Shown here piece by piece: positions 21,984 to 31,152 of a DNA stretch of 64,000 nucleotides; the first letter of the stretch is position 1; the number at the start of each line of letters is the position of its first letter. Made by a program: the position numbers and the translations under genes. The stretch covers positions 25,865-89,864 of the forward strand of contig JBIJAM010000001.1 of the NCBI GenBank assembly GCA_044345755.1, in the 5' to 3' direction. The DNA is from Polynucleobacter sp. GTDB lineage: Bacteria > Pseudomonadota > Gammaproteobacteria > Burkholderiales > Burkholderiaceae. The notes below the pieces were generated by a model. That model was not told the DNA's origin. It saw only the letters and a list, made by a program, of their open reading frames with translations, and did no database searches.

Positions 21984-22084
21984 GTGGACGGGCCTCCTCG
22001 CATGGTGGCTTGGTAACCTGGTCAGGTCGGGAACGAAGCAGCCAAACCCAAGTACTGCCAGTGCCGGGGGTTTGGCTCGTCCAC
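21984..22084 (+). ncRNA. ffs: Signal recognition particle RNA (4.5S, small bacterial type)
   Basis: Long hairpin with paired ends (GTGGACGGGCC...GGCTCGTCCAC) and the conserved helix-8 motif TCAGGTCGGGAACGAAGCAGC; adjacent to dnaX. Confidence 0.93.
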
Positions 22085-22157
22085 TTCCTCTAATGGCGGT
22101 TGTGCAGCTTAATTGGTTAGTTAAATTGGGTTGTTTATTGGGCGGTTAACTTAGCCT

Positions 22158-22304
22158 CTACTTCCAAAAACACGATAAACGCCGGTCTATTCCAGCAGCA
22201 AAGTCATGGTAAACCCACCGATTGCAGATGAACTGGTCGACCACGATCAATACCAGCACTACAAGAGCTATAAATACCAGCGCCCATTTAAGAGAAGCAT
22301 TCAT
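22158..22304 (-). CDS. Putative 48-aa single-pass membrane protein (not in ORF track)
   Basis: Hand translation MNASLKWALVFIALVVLVLIVVDQFICNRWVYHDFAAGIDRRLSCFWK; strong N-terminal TM; weak RBS. Confidence 0.4.
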   Translation of the reverse strand: MNASLKWALVFIALVVLVLIVVDQFICNRWVYHDFAAGIDRRLSCFWK

Positions 22305-22377
22305 GCGGCAAGATCCAATGGAGTGATTGAGTTGAGTGATTTAGATGAGTGGTTGAAATAAGGTGGAGTCTATCTTG

Positions 22378-22782
22378 CTAGGACTCAATCTTGATGTTCT
22401 TAAACTTTCCGAGCAGCGCCAAACTGGCCAAGATTTGATTAGCCATATCGGCATCGAGCTCCCCTTTGGCCAAGGCATACAGCACTTGGTCTGCGCGCTC
22501 GGACTCTGGAGCCCCGAGCAAGGCTTTAAAGATTTGTCCTTGGCTCATACTTAAATCAAGCCGCAATGGCGTCAAATTAACTTGTATCTGGCTACCCTTG
22601 ATGCCATAGCGCACTTGCGCCATTTCAATCAGTTCACTGCGCTGCTTTTCTTGGAGCTGGGCTAGTGTGGGTAAGGTGGAATCGGAATCGACACCCTTCA
22701 CATTCCCTGCGGTATCAAGTGCAGCAGCAGTTTCTGCAGGAATGCCTTTGCGGGGGCGTTTATATACTAGGTCGTCATCCAT
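22378..22782 (-). CDS. Hypothetical protein (phage-module associated)
   Basis: 134-aa ORF co-oriented with the lysis genes; basic N-terminus, helical C-terminus (ADQVLYALAKGELDADMANQIL). Confidence 0.6.
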   Translation of the reverse strand: MDDDLVYKRPRKGIPAETAAALDTAGNVKGVDSDSTLPTLAQLQEKQRSELIEMAQVRYGIKGSQIQVNLTPLRLDLSMSQGQIFKALLGAPESERADQVLYALAKGELDADMANQILASLALLGKFKNIKIES

Positions 22783-22904
22783 CGTTTATTCAGCTCATTC
22801 TGTATCCAGCGCTGCTCATTGCACCCATAGTAATGCCTATCGGGTGACATATATATATGTAGGGACAAAATCCACATTAGGGCAATAGGCATCTTATATG
22901 CCAA

Positions 22905-23243
22905 CTAAACCCGTTCAAAATGCGGGATATCCACAAAGCCTTTGAAGTTACCACCCCACCTATTTTTGGGATTTAGGCTTTCCCAAAAATTACCGATTGG
23001 GCGAATTAACTCGGCATCCCAAATGAGCTTACCGCCCCAAAAGAAATTAAGATCAATTGCGCAGCGCCGCAAATGGTTGCTATGCATGGTTTTTGATCGG
23101 CCACTTTTGTAATAAATTGCCTGCTGTTCTGGACTACGCCAAAGCTCACCGCCCGTTAATACCCAGCCCTCTTCCCGTGCATACTGAATCAAATGACTTA
23201 GATCTAATAAAAAAGCAGCCTGCTCTGCGACCAATCCACTCAT
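22905..23243 (-). CDS. M15-family metallopeptidase endolysin
   Basis: R..EQQ, SNH...AID, RWGGNF and D.PHFE motifs of L-Ala-D-Glu/D,D-peptidase-type endolysins. Confidence 0.88.
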   Translation of the reverse strand: MSGLVAEQAAFLLDLSHLIQYAREEGWVLTGGELWRSPEQQAIYYKSGRSKTMHSNHLRRCAIDLNFFWGGKLIWDAELIRPIGNFWESLNPKNRWGGNFKGFVDIPHFERV

Positions 23244-23776
23244 TGCACACCGCCTTTCATGCGCTGACCATGCAAGCGGGACTCAAAAATCTTCTCGACC
23301 GATCTGCCGCCAAAGTAGGCCAGCATCACAAGTTGACCCCACTCACCGAGTAGCTTGACGTAGGCCTCGTTGATATCGATGCCGATTGCTGAAAGTAAGG
23401 CAAATAAGAGATAAGCCGTGAGCATATAAACGAGGGTGCCTGGCCGAATGTTTTTAGAGAGCTTAGAGTCACTGCCCATATCAAATTGCCAGCGGCTACT
23501 GGTACTGGCATGGGCATTTTGATGCATTTGCGCTAGTAATTTGGACTCTTCCACTTCAAGCTCTTTTTGCTTAAGCGTGTATTGCAAAAGTAATTGCTCT
23601 TGCTCGATCTCCAGTTGCTTTAGCTTAATTAAGTCTTCTTGACTCGGGTTATCCGGAATGCGCACCCCAATCTTGTGCTCAATAAACTCTTTGCCTTTGG
23701 CCTCTACAGCGCCAGCTAATAATCCAAGGCCATTCACAGCCAAGGTATGCACTAAGGAAGTAATAATCGGAATCAT
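23240..23776 (-). CDS. Holin-like protein (3-TM, GTA/phage holin type)
   Basis: N-terminal hydrophobic helix, coiled coil, SDS.LSKNIRP, two TMs and AYFGGRS.EK; ATGA overlap with the endolysin. Confidence 0.75.
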   Translation of the reverse strand: MIPIITSLVHTLAVNGLGLLAGAVEAKGKEFIEHKIGVRIPDNPSQEDLIKLKQLEIEQEQLLLQYTLKQKELEVEESKLLAQMHQNAHASTSSRWQFDMGSDSKLSKNIRPGTLVYMLTAYLLFALLSAIGIDINEAYVKLLGEWGQLVMLAYFGGRSVEKIFESRLHGQRMKGGVQ

Positions 23777-23922
23777 GGGTATAGGAATTTGTATTGGTAT
23801 TTGTATTCAATAAATGGATGGCATGTGGAATGGATACTTTCAGCAGTTGCGGGACGCACTCTTGGCACGCCCCGCCCCCACCTCACACATTTACAACCAC
23901 TTCACACACATCCACAGCCAAA

Positions 23923-24378
23923 CTATTTTTCAATCGCCGCTTTGCGTTTGCTACTGACCACAGCAACAGCAGTATCAGCAGGCTCAAGCTCAAAGTCTTT
24001 GCTTGCTTTATCCCGCGCGCCTGCCTGCGCTGGCTTACCATCCGCTAGCAGGAGGCCTTCTACGATTTCGATTAAGCGATCACCGTCGTCTTCGCCAAAT
24101 ACTTTGGCAACCACTTCATGGCCGTATTTGGCGCACAGGCGGTCGTACTCATGCGTGGGCGTTATCGTGGTTTTGCTGGTCCGCTCAAACACCGTAACAT
24201 TTTCCCGGCCAAACAAATTACGCAAAATATTGGTCTCGTACGGCGGCACATGCACATGAATGGTGGTGAAGGCATCCCTGCGCACAACGGCTTCCACTTC
24301 TCTAATTTGAAAATCACTGTGTATTAACTCCTGCTTTACGTCTTGATGACTAATTAGGTTGGATTGATTGGTTTTCAT
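23923..24378 (-). CDS. Phage virion-associated hypothetical protein following the major capsid gene
   Basis: Start at ATG 24378 with SD AAGGAG, 10 nt after the MCP stop. Confidence 0.65.
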   Translation of the reverse strand: MKTNQSNLISHQDVKQELIHSDFQIREVEAVVRRDAFTTIHVHVPPYETNILRNLFGRENVTVFERTSKTTITPTHEYDRLCAKYGHEVVAKVFGEDDGDRLIEIVEGLLLADGKPAQAGARDKASKDFELEPADTAVAVVSSKRKAAIEK

Positions 24379-24388
24379 TACTTGCTCC

Positions 24389-25435
24389 TTACTGAATCGC
24401 CAATACCGCATGTGCATTGGCACGGGATACTGATAAGGCGCAGCGCAGATTGACCATGGCGTACATTGCTAAGGTATCGTGCGGACGTATGGGGGCTACG
24501 ATGTCTAAGTCATCGTCACGCAGTTTCATGAAACGCGTGTTCAGAAAATAGCAGCGCTTACTCCACTCCACTGTGCGATTGGCCATCGCATCTAACTCAT
24601 CAAACTGCGGATCCCAGATGATCTCGACCCCTTTGAAGGCCAGGCCAGTATTAACGCCAGCACCAACCCCAGCATCGATGTACTTGGTCTCGCCCGAGCC
24701 AGCAATCTGGGTCACCGTGACTTGCTTACGGTAGGTATCAATGAACTTGCCGCCCGCAATAATGAAATCCGGACTACCGCCGTGCTTAATGCATTGACGC
24801 CATGCTGTTTCCATCTCCCCTACTAAGCTGCCTGCTGCAGTAGAGGCAATGTCTTTGACAGCATAGTTGCGCCAGTAGACTGCTTTGGCTCGGTCAATAC
24901 CACCAACCGTGCCGCTATCGGGCGCAAGGCTGACTAAACTATCTAAACCGACTAAAGCATCTGCGCCATGTGAGCCGTCGCGGTGCAGTTCTAAATCAAG
25001 CTTATTTAAAAAGCCTTCTCGTAATACTTCAAGTTGCTCATCCAAAAGATTAATGAGCTGGACCCGCTCGTTGTGTTCCAACTGAAAGCCCCGAGTGCCG
25101 CCCTCCCGCACTTTGATGCCATTACTAAAGAGGCGGTCGTAATCAATATAGAGGCCATCGACCGCCCTGCGCCATGGAAAGGACGCTTGCTCGGTCGTAT
25201 TGCGCTTATTGAACTTGACCGTCTCTTCACCAAAAGCCCAGCTAAAGTTACTGCCATGCTCTTTACGAATGTTCTCAACGACGTTTTGTTTGGCGCCCAG
25301 TAAGCTCTTACGCCCTTCCATTAGTTTTTTTAGAAACGGTCTCTCGACTGCGATTTGATCCACTGGCAGATTACGCAGGTACTCATCTAAAGAAACCTTC
25401 GCGAGTTCCTGCAAATCGGTATTTGAAATTGGCAT
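24389..25435 (-). CDS. Phage major capsid protein (podophage type)
   Basis: 348 aa, downstream of portal and scaffold; GLDSLV..GTVGGIDR...YWRN, PD.IIAG, FKGVEIIWD and YFLNT features of HK97-fold podophage capsids. Confidence 0.88.
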   Translation of the reverse strand: MPISNTDLQELAKVSLDEYLRNLPVDQIAVERPFLKKLMEGRKSLLGAKQNVVENIRKEHGSNFSWAFGEETVKFNKRNTTEQASFPWRRAVDGLYIDYDRLFSNGIKVREGGTRGFQLEHNERVQLINLLDEQLEVLREGFLNKLDLELHRDGSHGADALVGLDSLVSLAPDSGTVGGIDRAKAVYWRNYAVKDIASTAAGSLVGEMETAWRQCIKHGGSPDFIIAGGKFIDTYRKQVTVTQIAGSGETKYIDAGVGAGVNTGLAFKGVEIIWDPQFDELDAMANRTVEWSKRCYFLNTRFMKLRDDDLDIVAPIRPHDTLAMYAMVNLRCALSVSRANAHAVLAIQ

Positions 25436-25494
25436 ACGCCACCCCTATCAATAAATGAAGCTGTATTAATCAATGTGTTGGCCTTTTAATCGGT

Positions 25495-25800
25495 GATGGC
25501 GCGTGAACCCATCCATTGCTACGCTGCTCGTCGCGAACCAAGCTATTACGCGGTGATCAAAAGGCAGGAATGATTATTGGGCCCAATTACCCTGGCGCTG
25601 AACTTATCTGGGGTTTTTCTTTTCCTCGCCTTGGGTCTTTATGCCTAGCCGTCAAGGGTGCACCCTTGACGGAAGGCTTTTGGGGTCTATCCACCATCTT
25701 TACCTATAAAAATGGAGCTAATTAAGCGTAAGCTATTGATCGATAACCAATAAATAGGGCTTTAATAGCATGACTCCTTATTAAAGAGTTCTTTAATAAG
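25495..25800. promoter_or_regulatory. Structured intergenic region upstream of the capsid gene
   Basis: Hairpins at 25495-25513 and 25526-25543, a perfect 24-bp palindrome at 25649-25672, and an 11-bp-arm inverted repeat at 25777-25800. Confidence 0.6.
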
Positions 25801-25832
25801 AGCGAGTAAAGGATAGAAATCCGGTTCAACGC

Positions 25833-27101
25833 TTAAATACCCATGTTGGATAAATGCTCGGTAATGCGCTCAATCGGTTTACTCGAATGCACCACGGGCA
25901 TACCTAAGGTAGACGTGCGTGAGCGTATCGGCTGAGTACTATCGCTATTACTGCGCTTGGCCTTCGGTGGTAGTGGCTTTTCAATGGCATCGTAGATGTA
26001 TTCCAAAACACCTTGCCATTCATCCGGTCGATTGTTTTGTACAAAAGCGTGCATATAAAACGGATTGGTCATGTAGCGGTAAAAGCAATTGACCTTTTCT
26101 AAATGATCTACTTCACTCTCACGGCTATTTAAAAACCGCAGCATCTCTAATTTAGCCTCCGTTACCAAGGCCGCCTGCTGTTTTTCTGTAGCGGCTTTTT
26201 TACTCTCAGGCGTAGGTTCTTCTTCGGCTTGCTCTGCAGTGCCTTGCAAGTGCGCTACCAGCGCCTGCAGTTGGGCTAACTGGGTCTCTAAGGCGCGCTT
26301 TTCCTGTAAGAGGCGCTGCACTCGCCCCTTACCGCGCTTTGACCGAATCTCACCATGCTCTTCTTCCGCTTCGTCCGAATCTAAAACCCGCGCAATGCAC
26401 TCTTCACCGCTTTCATGAAGTGGTTCGCTCTCAAGCAAGATGGCATTGACCGTTTGGCTTGGTGAGGGCAGCATTGCATTCAGATTACGTACTGCGCTTG
26501 AGTCGATCTTTGAGTTGCTGCCTGAGAGGATGTCTGACTCCATGTTTAACAATGCGGATAGCGCTTCAGGTATGTGTCCTGGTACATTGGCTACGCCCCG
26601 ATCAAAGACGCTTACTTGCACAGCGCTAGGCTTAACGCCTAAATCGTCTAAGAGGGCATGCATGCTGCTTTTACGCGGCACACCTTGAGTAAGCTCTTCC
26701 TTTAACACTTGCTTTGCTGCTTGCTCTTCTTTAGCGCGCGCGAGTTCAAGCTTGCGTGCCTCTTTGGCTGCTTGGCGCTTTTCCTCATCTGCTTTTGCGC
26801 GTGCCGCGTTGGCTGCAGCCTGTTCGGCAATCTGCTTAGCGACTGCCTCGTCTTTAAGAGCACTCTCCTGTGCTGCCAATCGTTTGGCCTCTTGTTTGGC
26901 GGCTAGTGCGCGGCGCCCTTCTTCGCGAACGCGCTGTAACTCGGTCTGGGCTTCCTTCGCTTCGCGCGCTTCTTGGGCGATGGCTTCCCTCTCTTGCTGT
27001 TCTTGCTTGCGCTGTTTAGCCTCCTCGCGCTCGGCTTCACGCATCAGCGCGCCACCATCGGTTAATACTTCGGAATTAAAGTTCTTTACTTCGTGCACCA
27101 T
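25833..27101 (-). CDS. Putative capsid scaffolding protein with long charged coiled-coil N-terminus
   Basis: Position between portal and MCP; E/K/A/R/Q-rich helical composition. Confidence 0.65.
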   Translation of the reverse strand: MVHEVKNFNSEVLTDGGALMREAEREEAKQRKQEQQEREAIAQEAREAKEAQTELQRVREEGRRALAAKQEAKRLAAQESALKDEAVAKQIAEQAAANAARAKADEEKRQAAKEARKLELARAKEEQAAKQVLKEELTQGVPRKSSMHALLDDLGVKPSAVQVSVFDRGVANVPGHIPEALSALLNMESDILSGSNSKIDSSAVRNLNAMLPSPSQTVNAILLESEPLHESGEECIARVLDSDEAEEEHGEIRSKRGKGRVQRLLQEKRALETQLAQLQALVAHLQGTAEQAEEEPTPESKKAATEKQQAALVTEAKLEMLRFLNSRESEVDHLEKVNCFYRYMTNPFYMHAFVQNNRPDEWQGVLEYIYDAIEKPLPPKAKRSNSDSTQPIRSRTSTLGMPVVHSSKPIERITEHLSNMGI

Positions 27102-29022
27102 GGTTTACCTCCTTATGTAACTGGTTCTGGCCGTAGCCCAAACTATCGCGAATGCTTTGCGCGCTAGGATGGGCATTACCGTTATTTTTATTGCTAGCAA
27201 CATCGGTCTGTTTTTCAATACTCGGTATAAATAGATTGGAATCGATACGGTCGTCATACCGCAAGAGGGTCTCCTGTAGGAGATTACGGATATGGCTGTA
27301 GTCCATGCCCTGCGCTTGTAAGTTTTGCATCTGAATGCACAGGCTATTCACGACTGGTAATACGTTGAGCCACCCTTCACTGGATTCGATTCCATCGGGT
27401 GCACCGGTGGTTCCTGCCCGAATGCGTAAATCAACTAAATCAAAAATGCGATCTTTGCTAAGGGATGGCCAGTCAAAGAATTTATCCTTACTCGTATGGC
27501 TGCTTGAGCCCATATAGCGTGCTACTTGCTTAGGGGTGAGTTCTTGCAAGAGTATTTGCGCGCTGTACTGGGCGATTTCTTGTAACCAATCTTCAATCTG
27601 GTCTTTGAACTCAAATACCCTGCCCGATAAGGCCCGCTGCAATATGGTTGCCTCGGTGGCCGTCTTAGGCCGTACCACCGTTGAGCGCGCCGCATCTTGC
27701 AAACCAGTAACCTGCTCCCAGTCGTGGCGCACTGCGCTGGTGTCATATACCAGCGGATCAATCTTGGGATGACCTCTAGGCACAATCACTTGATTGAGGG
27801 GTTTGCCTTCGGTATCAACAATCGTGATCTCGCCAAAGCGTGAATCTGCATGGCGTTTAATGGTTTTTTCATTAATTTCGCTCGATGCCACCCAGCCCGG
27901 TATGCACAAGTCACGGTGCTGATTAAATCGATCGCGAGCTTCGTTGTGCTCGTCTTGTAGGCGCTCGGTTAGATCTACGAGACTTGGCCCTACAAAGGAA
28001 CCATCAACCACTTGGTAAGGCAATAAGAAGAATGGATACCAGCGCTCACCAGCTCGGGGCGGTGAGTAGGGCTCGCGTAACCAGTCCAGCACCCCTTCCA
28101 CCATGGTGTAGACACGCTGGGTACTACGATCCCAGATCTCAAGCACTGCAATTTGCTGATCATCACTGACTGGCAATGCACCAGAATCCAAATGCATCGA
28201 TGCCAAACGCCTGCTATAGGAATGCACCAGCTCATTTTGGCTTGGCTGATATAGCCTGGCTTGCGCGAGGTTCTTTTTATACAGTGCCTCTGCTTGCGCC
28301 CGTTTCATGGGAATGACTTGGCAGATCCAATCAGCATCGACGTAATCCCAGAACTCGCAAATCGAAGGGTCAATGAGCAGGTTTTCCGTTAAGACGCGAT
28401 CAATCACTAGACCTTCAGATGATTTGACCTCAGCCTCTTCTTGTAGGGATAAAAGCAATTGCTCCAGCTCGGCCTTTTTGGCAGCACGCTCGGCTTGTCC
28501 ATTCAGTGAATCCTCATCTGCATTTGCAGAGGCGATGGCCTTTTCTAAATCGGCAATCGCAAGGAGGTTCTCTTGGGCATCGTTGATGCGCCCCTGAATG
28601 TAGGCATCTTCACTGGCATCACGCTGATACATCACTTTCAGAATGCCAAAACTGCAAGTTAAGGCAGCGCGTACAGTTGACTTGGCTCTGTTTTTTAGCT
28701 GGGCACGCTCAAGCGACCGGTTGGTGACTTTCTCTAAAGTCTTGCAAAATAACTTAATATCAGCGCCAGCATGCACTGCTGTGGTGGAGATCTCTGGGTT
28801 ACGGGCATAGACGTTAGGTAAAACTGCCGATATCGTCCCATGAATTAGATTAGCCCGCAGACTATAAAAGTCTTTACTCGTGGGGTCGGCATTCCAATCA
28901 AAGCCCGCTACCGTATTTCGGTTATGCCGTACCCTCTTATGAAAGCTTCCCCAATGCGATCTAGCATGGGCAATGCGGGCAATCCATTTTTGTTGAAGGG
29001 CTTTGGGGTCTTGTATTGGCAC
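27076..29022 (-). CDS. Phage portal protein (podophage/P22-like size)
   Basis: 648 aa, downstream of TerL; N.I......LP.VYARNP, VLEIWDR, YPFF and KTATEA motifs. Confidence 0.8.
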   Translation of the reverse strand: MPIQDPKALQQKWIARIAHARSHWGSFHKRVRHNRNTVAGFDWNADPTSKDFYSLRANLIHGTISAVLPNVYARNPEISTTAVHAGADIKLFCKTLEKVTNRSLERAQLKNRAKSTVRAALTCSFGILKVMYQRDASEDAYIQGRINDAQENLLAIADLEKAIASANADEDSLNGQAERAAKKAELEQLLLSLQEEAEVKSSEGLVIDRVLTENLLIDPSICEFWDYVDADWICQVIPMKRAQAEALYKKNLAQARLYQPSQNELVHSYSRRLASMHLDSGALPVSDDQQIAVLEIWDRSTQRVYTMVEGVLDWLREPYSPPRAGERWYPFFLLPYQVVDGSFVGPSLVDLTERLQDEHNEARDRFNQHRDLCIPGWVASSEINEKTIKRHADSRFGEITIVDTEGKPLNQVIVPRGHPKIDPLVYDTSAVRHDWEQVTGLQDAARSTVVRPKTATEATILQRALSGRVFEFKDQIEDWLQEIAQYSAQILLQELTPKQVARYMGSSSHTSKDKFFDWPSLSKDRIFDLVDLRIRAGTTGAPDGIESSEGWLNVLPVVNSLCIQMQNLQAQGMDYSHIRNLLQETLLRYDDRIDSNLFIPSIEKQTDVASNKNNGNAHPSAQSIRDSLGYGQNQLHKEVNHGARSKEL

Positions 29023-29090
29023 ATAGCATTTATAAAGCCGCCAACAATAGACTTTGAATTTTTCTTGAATAAATAGTGTAGATTGCAGTA

Positions 29091-29855
29091 ATGAAAGAAA
29101 AAATTTTCACCATCACAAAGTTAGCAGTTCCTTCAGTCATAATTCTAAGCATTACATATGAATGGAGCTACTTCTACGGTCTTGGAATCCCTCTTTCTCT
29201 AACGCCGCTAGGAACATCTGATTTCCTTAAGGGATGGATTCGCTGGTATCCATTGGCATTTGGGATGCTTACTGGAGTATTTTTAATAAAAGTTCTCATT
29301 CCTAGGCTTGAGAATTGGAAATCTGAAGAAGAAATAATTCAGTCATCTTCAAATCCTGAGGCAACTAGAAAAGCTCGTTTTCTCCCATGGAGACTATTTC
29401 AATATGTTGGACTAGTTACCCTGCTGATGCCGATCTTATTCGGCGAAAAATATATTTCACTTGGTACTCTAGGTCTAAGTTTTTTGTGGGTAAGATTTAT
29501 TATTTGGCTATTTAAAGGGTCCCCATGGAAGGATTTTAATTTAGATGCCCTACTCATTAGCGGCCTCGTAATCCTATCAGGCATATTGATAGGCTTTCAA
29601 GCAGGTTCCTCAGTATTAAAGAATGTTAATAATGAAAATTTAATAACCTATAAGAGCCATGAAAATTCTCAACCATTAAGAATTATTAGATCATTTGAGC
29701 AATGGACCCTTGTATCGACTGGAGCTAAAGAATTTTCATGGGTACAGCACGAATCAAATGCCATGATTCACTTTACATCTCGACGGGAACCATTTCCAGG
29801 ATTGTTATGTAATTATATAAAGACCCATCCTTGCATAACTAGCCTCCCTCATTAA
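29091..29855 (+). CDS. Multi-pass membrane protein (moron-like insert between terL and portal)
   Basis: Opposite strand, AT-rich, about 5 hydrophobic segments. Confidence 0.75.
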   Translation: MKEKIFTITKLAVPSVIILSITYEWSYFYGLGIPLSLTPLGTSDFLKGWIRWYPLAFGMLTGVFLIKVLIPRLENWKSEEEIIQSSSNPEATRKARFLPWRLFQYVGLVTLLMPILFGEKYISLGTLGLSFLWVRFIIWLFKGSPWKDFNLDALLISGLVILSGILIGFQAGSSVLKNVNNENLITYKSHENSQPLRIIRSFEQWTLVSTGAKEFSWVQHESNAMIHFTSRREPFPGLLCNYIKTHPCITSLPH

Positions 29856-31152
29856 CTCTTCGCATCCTCATGACCCCATAGCGCGTTGCATCCCATGCAT
29901 GGTCTTCTGCATCGGTATCGACGTCTTCTGGATTGAGCGCATCGGGTGGCAACTGCGGCACCGTTCTAATCCAGTGCTTACAAGAGCTAAATACTTTTAG
30001 CCTGTCTTCTGCCAGTAAGCGAATGATTTCTTGCGCGCCGTTGACTCGGCTTCTTGGGGCGTTATAGGCCTCAATCCACTTCACACCCTTTTCTCGAAAG
30101 ATCTGACCAATGGAACGCTCTGCACCGATCTTTGAAAAGATCGATGGATCAGCTAAGTTCATGCGGTATTCATAACCGAGGCGCTGATCGTGTAATTCAA
30201 TCCGTTTAATCTTATCGGCTACGACCGTAGCATCTTCCCGTGTGCCAGTATTTTCTTTTTCGCCATAGCCATATAGTTCACGCCACACGTAATACACCCC
30301 ATCACCGGAGAGCGCAAACCAATAAATCGCATAAGGCCTGGCATAGCCCCAATCCATTGATCGCCAGATTTTCCAATTAGGCGGAATAGCAAAGGGCTCT
30401 ACTACATGCTTGGCTGGGTGCCATACCCCTTCCAAGAAACTCCCCACATGAATATCCCAATCACCTTCAAGCCAAGCTCTTCTTCGATTGGGGTCGCTGA
30501 GCGACTCTAAGCTCTTTAAATAGCCGGGATCGTTTTTGAGGAGGTGGGTGTTTTCATAAATACTGGAATGAATGCGTACCCGCGGTAAAGCGCCTTCTTG
30601 GCGAATAATTTGGCCAGCAGGTACTGCCCCAATCTGAAAGCGTTCCTTAACAGCGCTATGCCCTACCCCAAATGGATTGCATGTAGCACGAACCATGCGC
30701 GGCATACCCGGATGAGATGATCTACAAGTTGAAAGCATGGCTTCATAAAATGACAGATTTCGCCAATTAGTGAGTTCTTCGAAAGCCAAAAAAGGGTATT
30801 CATGGCCGTGGTAATTCCAGTAGTCTCCTTCATTGGCGCCGTACCGAAAGTACAGCATCTCACCCGTAGGCCATTTCCAGACATAGTCAGACTCATTGAA
30901 CTTGGCCCCCGGAAAGATCTGATAGAACCAGCGCTTACTTTTAGCCACCACATCGGACAGTTGTGGGTAGGTTAAGCGAAAGAGCGTACCCCGCCAATGA
31001 TCACCAAAGCCTTTGCCGACATGCTGGGCATAACTCATGATGAGGGTATCGGTCTTACCGCCGCCCCGCGTGCCTTCCAAAAGTACCTCATACACCGGGC
31101 AAGTCAGAAATAAAGTCTGACTACCAGGTAGCGGGGTCCAAATGGTTTTCAT
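29839..31152 (-). CDS. Terminase large subunit
   Basis: Walker A GTRGGGKT, Walker B LAFEELT, coupling motif ATCNP, RNase-H-like nuclease SMDWG...DHAWDATRY. Confidence 0.93.
   Translation of the reverse strand: MKTIWTPLPGSQTLFLTCPVYEVLLEGTRGGGKTDTLIMSYAQHVGKGFGDHWRGTLFRLTYPQLSDVVAKSKRWFYQIFPGAKFNESDYVWKWPTGEMLYFRYGANEGDYWNYHGHEYPFLAFEELTNWRNLSFYEAMLSTCRSSHPGMPRMVRATCNPFGVGHSAVKERFQIGAVPAGQIIRQEGALPRVRIHSSIYENTHLLKNDPGYLKSLESLSDPNRRRAWLEGDWDIHVGSFLEGVWHPAKHVVEPFAIPPNWKIWRSMDWGYARPYAIYWFALSGDGVYYVWRELYGYGEKENTGTREDATVVADKIKRIELHDQRLGYEYRMNLADPSIFSKIGAERSIGQIFREKGVKWIEAYNAPRSRVNGAQEIIRLLAEDRLKVFSSCKHWIRTVPQLPPDALNPEDVDTDAEDHAWDATRYGVMRMRRVNEGG

Noticed and set aside
22085-22360. att site or tRNA fragment at the left island boundary
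   Set aside because: Only low-complexity degenerate repeats; no tRNA 3' end or second copy recognised in the window.
26752-27120. 122-aa + strand ORF and similar antisense ORFs (e.g. 312..755, 8786..9247, 23789..24259)
   Set aside because: Shadow frames opposite well-supported genes, with no motifs of their own.
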